From Octopus sinensis (lineage: Eukaryota), in assembly GCF_006345805.1 (NCBI RefSeq), contig NC_043019.1:3954605-4018604 (forward strand): 64,000 bases of DNA. Direction: 5' to 3'. The position numbers and the translations under genes were made by a program. Position 1 is the stretch's first letter, and every line of letters starts with the position of its first letter. Below, piece by piece: positions 23,999 through 36,100 of this stretch. The notes under the pieces were generated by a model. That model was not told the origin of the DNA. It saw only the letters and a list, made by a program, of their open reading frames with translations, and searched no databases.

Positions 23999-26900
23999 GT
24001 AAGAAATTTACTATTGTTTTCTCTCTTTTTTTACGTTAACCTTATTGCATTTTGCGTTTCTGTAGGTTATTAGGGATCATTGAGGTTTTACAGTTAAGTT
24101 ACTGACTAAAGACAAAAGCATTTCTGGTTCAATCCCATACAATGGCAGTCACTGAAGTCTTTGTACCGTTTGGTGAGTTGGTGGTTGACCTATGATCAAA
24201 GGTATTTCTCCTGTAACCATTCTGTCTATGGCAAAGATTATATTATTTAATGTCTCCTGTTCTATGTCATGAAGAAGGTGGACAGTTTGGGAGAGGTTTG
24301 ACTGCTTTATATATTATGTATGTAAGTGAGTGGGTGGGTAGGTAGGTAGGTAGGTAGGTAGGTAGGTAAGTAGGTAGGTAGGTATGTAGGTAGGTAGGTA
24401 GGTAGGTAGGTAGGTAGGTAGGTAGGAAGGCAGGTGTGTATATGTGTGTTTGTGTGTGTGTCTGTACGTATGCAACTGTGAGCGTGTGTATGTTTGCATC
24501 TCCTCGGCTTGACATTGTAGATTTCTTGTAAATGAATGTCGTTAACTTCCAATATTACATGGAAATTTCCTATAGAGAAATATTTCCTTGGAAACAAGTA
24601 AGTTTGGTTTCCGAAGGAGGGGGGCATGTAGAGGGTCTGCCAGTTTGGCTGAAAACTGGTAAGCTGGGGAGCTGCACCAGGTTCCAATCTAATTTGACAT
24701 GGTTTCTACAGATGGATGCCCCTCCTAACACCAACCACTGCAAGAGTGTAAGGGGTGTTTTTTACGTGCCAGTTACGAAACCCCAGCATCAGCCATGACT
24801 ACGACCTCACTTGACTTGAAAGATCTCTCAAGCACAAGAATAATTAATTGACTGACAGAGAGTCAGAGAGGTAGACGAAATAAGAGATGGATAGTAAAAG
24901 AGATAAAGCATCTGTGTAATTAACAGAAAGATAATTAAAGAGATAGAATGGCAAAGTGACAAACTGTTATCCAGAAAGATACTTAGACAAACTGTAAGAT
25001 GAATATAAAGGAATATAAAGGATACCCTGAACTAATGCATAGACAAAAGAATAGACAAAGAGACAGTTATTGAGAGAGAATTATAAAGTCAGACAGAGAA
25101 AGAGAAAAACTGAGAGACCAATAAATTGATAAGTGAATCTATGGAAATCTTTGAACTTGTTCTAATGTTATGTTTCTAATATGTCAGGTCTGTCAAGAAT
25201 TGAAGGATGAAATCAACCCCGAAAGACTCCACATAAAACACATCCATATTTCTAATAATAGCAGTTGGTCTGATATTTCCAACATGTACAATACATTCAC
25301 CAATTGTTCCAGTATCACCAACACGAAATGGAAAATTTGTATTTTTGATGATTTCCAGAACATTCAAGAAAGCTTCCTTCCAGGTTTCCAGGAGCTTTGC
25401 GACAATGACTTTCCACTGCACCCAAATCTAAAAATCATTCTCATATTAAGTGGTGGAGAACCATTTCAGTTTGATGGAATCAGGTTTGGAAAGTGTAAAG
25501 TGAGTCCATTGTCCATTGGAGATGCCCAGCTTCTTTTCGGTCGCTGTTCAGACATTGAGACGGATGATGAGAACAAAGAACAAATACACAACATCATCAG
25601 ATATGCCTGTGGCTTGCCAGGACTTCTTATTTACTTTGCAGAAAAAATCTCCCAGTTTCATCATAATTTCTCTTTTAATGATATCTACAAAATGATTTGT
25701 GATGAAACCAAGCTCAATGACTGGCTGGACGAATGTACAATTAACAGACGTAATATTAAGCAAGAAATGGACAAGTACTTTTCTCAACTCTCTCACGAAC
25801 AGCAAGATGCTATCAAAGTGCTTTCATATTTTCCTGGAAGATTTGGTATTGAGGAAGCTGTTGAAATGACTGGTTCTTCTAGTCAACCAGCTTCAATGAT
25901 ACGTGTTCTGATGCCGCTTGTTGAACAAGGTTTGATCAGTTCAGATTTAGAATTACAGAATTTCCAAGTACAAGAATTAGTACGTGTACTTTCTATGCAA
26001 CAGATTGACAATGTACACAGCAATGATTTGGTAAAGCTCAAATATACAAACATTATCGGGAAAAGTTTGATGAAGGCTCAAGATATTTATGATAAAGGCC
26101 TCATATATGAAGCACTTGGAATAATGAAGAATAACTGGGAAAATATTTCATTTATCTTGAAGAAAGGGATTGAAGCACCCTCAGATGGTAGGACATATGG
26201 AGTTTATTATGAGGTAAGATATTTTTTCCAAGTCAGTCTTTCATGTGTCACATTTTTGTTGAACCTGTGTTATATCGTCCATTGGTTTTCAGTTGAGGAC
26301 CATATGGCCCATAGAGGTCCATACACGAGTTTGCTGTTGTTAAAATATATCAGTAAGAAATTGTTTATACTTCGAAAATACACAAATTATTTCAATAATT
26401 TTTAAATACAAATCTTAATAATAGATAAAGCAGCTATCCGAGTTGACAGTAGATAAAGCTATTAAAAGTATGAAGACAGGGAAAGCCCCCGGCTCATCGG
26501 GAATCACTGCAGAGATGCTCAAAATATCTGGCAGTGTCGGATCTAGCCTGGTCACCCGTATAGATAACCAGGTGATACACGAAGGAGTCATATCGAATGA
26601 CTGGTGTAGCAGCATAATAGTCAACTGCTACAAAGGTATAGGTGACGCCTTAGATACAAATAATTACAGAGGTATCAAGCTGTTGGATCAGGTAATGAAG
26701 GTCACGGAGAAGATCATAGCCCAACTAATTAGGGAGAGGGTCAGTTTGGATGAGATGTAATATTATTAAATTTATTATCTTCATTAATTGAATTAAATTT
26801 TATCTTATTTTAATTTTAATTTTTATTATTATTACTATTGTTATTATTTTATTTTATAGTCAGCTGTAACTAAATTTGGCGTTAGCTGGCGGTTTGTTGT

Positions 26901-29900
26901 AGATTGGGTTAGTGGCAGTGATGGTAATAATAATAATAATAATCGCGTACAGTTTGATGTAGGGTCCGGGTAGTTTTGATGAACAAGTAATACTTGTTAT
27001 CCTATTTTTGTTAATTTTCTTTGATTCATGAAGCTTAAATATTTTCCGTATTTTTCATTAATAAATTCCTTTTAGTCATTTTCATTAATAATTTATTCTG
27101 TTTTTCTACGCAACGTCTCCACGAGTTTTATTTCTTATAAACGCTAAGAACTATTCTTTACGTTTATAATCTAGTGATATTTTCTCAACTAACTAAGCAA
27201 CGTTCATTCCTCCATTTCGTGTGGATTTTGCATTGTTTTGGGATTAATATTTAGCTGTTATTAATTTTGTTATTGATTTATTAATAGGGGTCTGTTAGTT
27301 GTAGTTGGGTGTCTTCATGGTAGTTTCTCCATAAGCTGTATTTTTTTCTCACCTTTCTTTAGTTCATGAGGCTTAATTGTGTTTTGGTTTTTTTCGTATT
27401 TTTCATTGATGAAAAGATTTGCCATTTTCATTGAGAATTTATCCTATTTGTTTGCACTTTGTCTTCACGCGTAAAATTTTATAAACACTATTAATTATTT
27501 TTTCACGTTTAAAATTCAGTTACATTTTTCCTTCGGCAAGCTAAGTTACAGTTTATTGTTTATCTATTTCATTTGGATTTTGAATCGTTTTGGGTTTGAA
27601 ATTATTATTATTATTGTTATTATTATTGTTATTGAAATATTATTATTTATTTATATTTTCTTGATAAGTATTATTCATGATCGTTATTAGTTATGATATC
27701 TATTAATTTTTATGAAGGAATTTAACGTTTTACATATAATCTAATTTGAGAATTAGTTTCGTTAGACTATAGATTATATAATAATTAAGTAATATTTTTA
27801 TTAAGTAGTATTACATTTAAGTAAATTAGTTTCTATTCTAATTAATATTATGTTCAACTTTATTATCGTGTGAAATATTAAATCTATAGATATTACACAT
27901 ATATATTAATAAAATAGTTAGTTTATATAATGGATTTGTGTATATTTGAACCATTTCCTATTTTTGATTGTATTATTCATGACTTGGGTATATTAATAAG
28001 ACGCTAAAACATATATTTTTATACATTTAAAATCCAGATAGATTAATTTAATCGTTGAACTTTGTAACATAGTTTGTTTGTCAATATTATTTGGATCTTG
28101 TATTATTTTGAGTTTGATCGTTGTTATTACTATAATTGTTATTGACTGGATTTGTAGAGGATCGTCGGTTGTGGTTGAATATCTTCATAGTGTATTGTTC
28201 ATTTGTTCTAATATTTTTGCACCTTTCTTTAATTTAAGGGGCTTAGATGTTTCTTAGTAAATAATTAGTAAATAATTTTCGCCATTATATCATTTATATA
28301 TATATTGATAGTTATAAGTAATAATAGTTATTAATCATTATATCTATTTATTTGTAATGATTTATTATTATTTTTTATTAAGGGATCTAACGTATTACAT
28401 TTAACTTAATTTGAGAATTAATTTTGTTAGACAATATATTATTTAATAATTAGGTGGTACGTTTATTAAGTAGCATTAAATTGAAATAAATTAGGTATTA
28501 TATTAATTTATATTTAGTCAACTATATTATTGAGTGATATATTAAATTTATAGAAACTACACTTATATATTAATTATAAAGTTAGCTTATTTAATGAGTT
28601 TGTCTATATTTGAACTATTTCTTATTTTGATTACAATATTAATGGCTTGTAAGCTGGCAGAATCGTTAGCATGCTGAACAAAATGCTTAGCGACTTTTCA
28701 TCCATCTTTACATTCTGAGTTCAAATGCTGCTGAGGTCTACTTTGCCTTTCATTCTTTCAGAATCAATAAATTTAGTACCAGTGAAACACTGGGGTCGAT
28801 GTAATCGATTAGGCACCTTCCCCAAAATTTCAGGCCTTTAGTAGAAAGGATTAATATTATTATTATTCCCCTGGGGCAGTAAAGATTTGAAATCATTAAT
28901 ATTTTCAGAAAAACATTGATTTCATATTTTGGCACAAGGCTAGCAATTTCTGGGAAGAGGAAAACTGATTTGAACTCAGAACACGAAGACAGACAAAATG
29001 CCACCAAGCATTCTGTTTAGTGTGCTAATGGTTCTGCCAGCTAACCACATTATCCCTACAGACAAAATATTAACACATGTTACTGTCTTTGTCTTTTAGA
29101 TAACATTAAAAGCCTCAAATATACTGATGCTATGTCACCCTAGAGATTCAAGACAGTTTTTCCAAGCCTGTCTACAAAACTCCCTGTTATTTGGTAATGA
29201 AGAAGAACAAGCGTTTATGAATATAGCATATGGTGTATCATTGACAGATTTACCAGGTATGATATGACGATGGTGTGTAGATTTTGTCATTCCACTGATG
29301 TAGATAATATGCTTAACAGGAATATTGAGCATTTAGCACCATTCTTTGTATATTTTGCTAAATACTGAAGAAGTGCTTACAAGATTATGTAATGTTTCTA
29401 AAGGCAATTACGTAATACTAGCAGTAATTTTCCAAAATACGTGTATGCTTTATAAAGCATGAAATTCCCTGTTTTCTATATTTTATTAACATTCTATACA
29501 TATATTCATACATGCATGCACACATCCATATGTATGAACATATATACATATTTATGTATTTCTTTATATGTCCTCTGCATTCAGAGGTTAGAGAGGAATG
29601 AGGTTAGTATGCTCTGCTGCATGTGCAATGTAAGTGTACATGTGCAACAGAGTGCTAGTGTGCTGAGAAAAAAAATTGGCTTAAGAGACATTAGATGCAG
29701 CGTGCAGGAGAGAAGACTGCACTGGTTTGGTCATGTGATGAGGATAGATGTTAACAGTTCCATAAAGAAGTGCCAATAATTGAAAGTGGATGGAACTCAT
29801 GGAAGAGGAAGATTTAGGAAGACATGGGACGAAATACTGAAGGATGGCCTCGGGACACTAAACCTCGTGGAAGAGATGACAAAGGACCAAAACATCTGGT

Positions 29901-32090
29901 GCTTTGCCATACACAAGAAGATCCATACTCCACAGCAGAAGTATTGATACTGCCTCCCCTATTCAAAAGGAGTGGCCTGGAAGGACCCTGGGCCAGTGCC
30001 ATATTAAATGCACCCAGCACACACTGTAAATTGTTGGCGTTAGGAAGAGCATCCAGCCGTAGCAACCAAGCCGAATCCAACGGCTAAGTTACAGGGACAT
30101 AAACACACCAACACTAGTTTTCAAGTGGTGGTGGGGAACAGAGACACAAAGATACAGACACATAGGTATATGTACATATACAACGGGTTTCTTTCAGTTT
30201 CCATCAACCAAATTGCCTCACAAGGCTTTGGTCAGCCCAGAAACACAGACACTGTCAAATCACCCAGAGGTTCACAGGTCAGTCCCTCAGGTCCCCCTGA
30301 AAAAATTCATACTAGCTCCCGTACCTATATGATGGGAAAATATCAAGTATTAAGTCAATATCCTTGATAGTTTTGAAATTTTAGGCCTTTATGATATTAA
30401 TTAATTTTACATCTTTTCCCGAACGAGTCTCTCACATCAGCTTGAGACATTTATTATTCTTCTAGTATGGCAAGCACAACTTTGAAGCCATCTGTTTTGG
30501 GGTTACCTTTTTCTGTAGAGTTCAAATATCTTACCAAATCAAGAGTATTTTGAAAATTCTTCCATCTACAGCCTTTGAAAGTTGCACATTTAATTCTTGG
30601 CAGCTTTTAGGTATTTTTATTTCAATAGGTACACAAGATTTGAGAGAGATTTGGCTGGTGTTTCTAACAGATCAGGCTACTATGTAGGAGCCCCCATTCC
30701 TTTGGTATGCTGCTTTTGCTGTTGAGCGAACGGTCTTCGTCCCAGAGCTCGCGAGATGGGAGAAACGTTGTCCTTTGCTATTCGTAAGGCCCGCAGAAGA
30801 GAAATCAGGTCAACCCCCGACACCGAGAGCATCAACGGATGGAAGTCGGGGACTGCTGCTGTTGTTGGTGTTTTGTTGCTGACCTCCAGGTCAGTTTTGA
30901 TAGAATGACCTCTGATCAAAGGTGTTCTATCTGATCATACCATTTGCTATGTATACCTAGGACTACATCACGTAGTGTGATCTTCCTTTTTGTAAGAAAA
31001 CTCGGTGATTTGAGTGAAATTTAGCTGTTATTTCTGACAATATTGAGTTACTGTTTGAGGCTACCATTGCCAGTGATGTTGTCTGTTGCTTTTTTATTAT
31101 TTGTAGATGTTGCTGTTGTTGTTGTAGGTGTAGCTATTACTTTGGGCATCATTGTAACACAGAATATTTCCTTGGGTTTTCCACAGGTTATGGAGGATAC
31201 AAAGAAGCCATGGAGCACTACAAGAAGGCTTTGGATGTAATGAAATCGAGAAACATCCAGTACCGACAGATGCTGCTGTACAATAGCATGGCTTACAATG
31301 CCTATATGCGGGGAAATTATGTGGAAGCCTTGAAGTATGTTGTACAAGTCAGATGAAAATCTCTCCCTCCCTGCCGCTCTCTGTCTGTCTCTGTCTCTCT
31401 CCCTCTCCCTCTCTATCAATCTATCTATCTATCTCTGTCTTATATCTATTATACTATCTCCCAACCTTCTTTTCTCTTATTCTCTATTTTCCTTTCTTCC
31501 TCGTTCATCTCTAACTTTTCCTCACTCCCACTTTTGTCCTTTAGTATCGTGTGCACTAATTAACATGTAATACTCAGCTTATTAATTATCATCATCATCA
31601 TCATCATATTATACTTATATATTTAGGCGCAGGAGTGGCTGTGTGGTAAGTAGCTTGCTTACCAACCACATTGTTCCGGGTTCAGTCCCACTGTGTGGCA
31701 CCTTGGGCAAGTGTCTTTTCTATAGCCTCAGGCCGACCAAAGCCTTGTGATTGGATTTGGTAGACAGAAACTGAAGAAGCCCGTCGTATATAACATATAT
31801 ATATATATAAATAACACTAGGGTGATAAGAATTATATAAATTATTATTACCAGGGGCCTAGCACAGAAAAGAATTAGTCAATAGACTACCGTATTTGACG
31901 GCATATAGGACGCACTTTTTTCCAAAAAATTTGGCTCAAAAAATCGCCCTGCGTCTAATATGCGAAGTCAAGACGCTCCCGTAGGCTAATCTTCTCCCAG
32001 ACGCTCACTAACCTAGCTTACGATAAGTATTTCTACCTACGTTAACGCCTTAATGATATTTTTCGTACTCATGCATCGTTATTTTATTGC

Positions 32091-32164
<74 letters not shown>

Positions 32165-33060
32165 GTATTATTACTTTAAAATACGAATTATCGTAAAAAT
32201 CAAAGCAATCTACCGTAAATTGTTAGGCTGCGATCCATGACACGTTTACTAATATCAGCTGATCGGAACCCTAACTCGATGCCATCTGACGGTGAGGAGT
32301 AAAACTACGGAATGCACATGATCGTTGCGAGTTCGTGTATATAGGGAGGTAGGTTGGATATCTTGGTACAACAAAGTTATGATCATAACAAAACACACTA
32401 CAACAGTACAAGCACCCTCACAGCAATGTTTTCTGCTTTTGTAATGTGCTGCTAGACTGCTTTCAACAATATATGCTTAAATACACTTAAAACTTTTTTT
32501 CCTGAATTTGACCTGCTGAAATGAGGGTGCGTCTAATATGCCAGTGCGTCTAATATGCCGTCAAATACGGTATATATTATTCACATAAAAATATCGTGTA
32601 CATTAGAACACATCAAGAGGCTTCCAAATAGAAAAGCCTTGTGCTATTGACTAATTCTTGTGCTATTGACTAATTCTTTTTTTTTTTTTTGTGCTAGGCC
32701 ACTGGTAATAATCTTTTATATAATTCTTATTACCCTAATGTTATTGATTATGTTTAAATATTTTTTGATAAATTTGTTCGAAATTTTACCGACTTTCCCT
32801 CTGTCGCCGGAAATAATCTGCATCTGCGCAGTGGTTTGAAAAGTTAGGATATACATACAGCTAATTTACATGTGGATCTAGTCGTGTGTATATTTGAAAT
32901 CTAAAGGCTTTCCTACTGACGAAAACTAGCCTCAGTAAATATTTTTTTACTGGAATTAGTTAGAAACCATGATCTAGGAACTAAATGAGATGATAAACGT
33001 TTTTAATTTTCATTCCTTTCGAGAATTTATCCCTAATTAGTGGTTTGAGTTTTCTACTGA

Positions 33061-33096
<36 letters not shown>

Positions 33097-33113
33097 CGGT
33101 ATCAATGCTGATA

Positions 33114-33149
<36 letters not shown>

Positions 33150-36100
33150 CTTGATTTGTTCCTCAGTTTTGCAGAAACAGGTTACAACATGACCGTTAAT
33201 GATGCGAGCCCACAGATGGTGCAGGATGCGAAGATCAGATGTGCCTCTACCCTGGCCTACAACCTCTCATTTGTTGGTAATAACTGTATTATGTCTCTCA
33301 TGGTGGTGGTGGTTTTATTTGGCCCCAGGTCAGCACTTGTTGAGCAGATCTATGATCAAACGTCTACCAGCTTTGAATAATTTACAAGGGATACATTGTC
33401 TAATGTGCCCTTTTATTAATAAGGCAGTGATTTGCAGGGGAATTTTGATTGTTATTTATTTCTAGCAAGTTAAATAACCACATAAAGGCTTCTTTATTGA
33501 TTTGTGGTCATATGTAATATTTGAAAGATTGTGGTTTGAGTCTGGTAATAGTTGTGATGAGTGGAGGCACGGGTCTTAGTGATTAGGTTGTTAGACTCGT
33601 GATCATAAGATTGTGGTTTCAATTCCTGGAGTGGGCGATGTGTTGTGTTCTTGAATAAAATACTTCATTTTCTCATTGCTCCAGTCGAGTCAGCAGGCAA
33701 AAAGTGAGTAATCCTGTGATGGACTGGTGTCCTATCCAGGTGGGAAATATTTACGCCATGAAAACTGGGAAACGCCCTTAAGAGTTGGCATGGCTCAAAA
33801 AGAGGGGGAAAATAAAAGTAATTGCCATGCATGAGAAGATATGTTAGAGTGGTAGTAGTGGTGGTGGTGGTGGTCATCATTGTGGTTGTGGTTGTAGTTA
33901 CACATGGTAGATGTTTGTTATTTAACCCCAGGTTAGGCCCTTATCCAGTAGACCTATGACCAAATGTGAATCATATCTCGTCTTTTATTCTGACATCATC
34001 CGGCTACATGCTGATGGTGTTGTTGTTGTTGTTGTTGTTTAGCCAGGGGCCTGTCTCCTGACTATGTGCATCTCTGACATGTAGGTAAACCGACTGCAAG
34101 ACTAGTTACAATACTCTGACCCATAGCCCCACATGTACCATGTATGCAAGGCTGAAGACTACATTATAGATTCTGTCATGTGGTTGTTAAGTGTATGTGG
34201 ACATGAGGGGATGCTGGGAAAGTTCCTGGTTTTGAGTTAAGGAAAGTGCAGGAGGATCAGTTAATTATGATTTTATTCAACATATTCCCCTTGCAGATTC
34301 TCACATTTGCTGTATTGGTCCTTCAGTTTTTTTAAGTCCTGTAAAAGAACTCAAAATGTTGGGCCCCACGATATCCTTAAAACCAGGAACTTTTCAGCAC
34401 CTCCTCATAAAACATGTGATTATATACATACAAGAGGACGCTGAAAAGTTCCTGGCTTTGAGTTAAGGAAAGTGCAGGAGGATCAGTTAATTATGATTTT
34501 ACTCAACTTTTCCCCATCTCAAATCCTGTAAGAGAACTTGGAAGATTGGACCTTCAAACAGGCCTTTTCTGATATCCTTACAGTCAGGAACTTTTCAGCA
34601 CTCCATTGTATTATGCAACTGTGTGAACATGTTTAACTTTTACCTGTCCAGGTGAACCAATGATAAATGTGTTTATATATTCATACAATGATTCTTCTTC
34701 TTCTTCTTCTTCTTCTTTTCTTCTTCTTCTTCTTCTTCTTCTTCTTCTTCTTCTTCTTTGCAGGTTATTATGATAAATGTGAGAAATTATTGACAGAAAA
34801 CCTAGAGAAAATGTCAGACATGACTATTCCTCTTTTATCTACAATGCTGAATACAATGGGTGTTAATTACGAAAGGAGTAAGTATGGTACCACCAGCCCC
34901 CTTTTTTCCCCTAAATATTTTGTTACTTTCTGTTTAAGCACAGGTGTGGCTGTATGGTGAAGAGTTTTGTTTCCTAATAACATGGTTTTGAGTTCAGTCC
35001 CACTGCATGGCACCTTGGGTAGATGGTTTCCACTATGGCCCTGAGCCAACCAAAGTCAATTTGTGAGTGGATGTGGTTGATAGAAACTGAAAGAAGGTGG
35101 GGAGCTGGCAGAAAAGTTAGCACGCCGGGCGAAATGCTTAGCGGTATTTCATCTGCGTTACGTTGTGAGTTCAAATTCCGCCGAGGTCGACTTTGCCTTT
35201 CATCCTTTCGGGGTCGATAAATTAAGTACCAGTTACGCACTGGGGTCGATGTAATCGACTTAATACCTATGTATGTCCTTGTTTGAACCCTCTGTGTTTA
35301 GCCCGTTGTGGGTAATAAAGAAATAGGTATTTCGTCTGCCGTTACGTTCTGAGTTCAAATTGCCCCAAGGTCGACTTTGCCTTTCATCCTTTCGGGGTCG
35401 ATGAATTAAGTACTAGTTATGCACTGGTGTCGTTGTAATCGACTTAATCCATTTGTCTGTCCTTGTTTGTCCCCTCTATGTTTAGCCCCTTGTGGGCAAT
35501 AAAGAAATAAGAAACTGAAAGAAGCCCCATACAGGGTGTTGATGGTAATTGAAGACACGTGCATTTTTAGTCATTATTTTATTCGACTAACTTTTATAAA
35601 ATTTCTGTTTCAGAAAATAACAAATGACAAGCCCTATGCTTACTAATGAAATGAAAAGGTATGCAGTGATTGGGGCTTTGAAGGCCAAGTATGGGGATTT
35701 AGAAATTTCTCATTTTCTGAAAGTTGCAAGATCTTCTGTCCACATTATTCGGTGTGAGTTAGAGAAAGAAGATGGAAGCATATTACCTGTATCAAAATGT
35801 ACAAAACATTCGAAATTCTGTGATTCTATCGGAATTCCTGAATTTATTCAGGATGTTAAGCAAAACATTGAAGACAATCCAGGAAAATCAATGAGGTTAA
35901 TTGCAAATAATTTCGAGTGTCAGAGAAAAAGCAATCAGAAATGTTGTGCATGAAGACATCAGATACAAATCTTACGTGGTGAGGAAAGGTCAATTCATGT
36001 CAGGAAAAAAAAAAAGAAGGAAACCGTTTAACAAGATCCGAAGCACTTTTGAACAAATTTAAAAATTCATCAGATGATGATGTGATTTGGTTTTTCCCAG

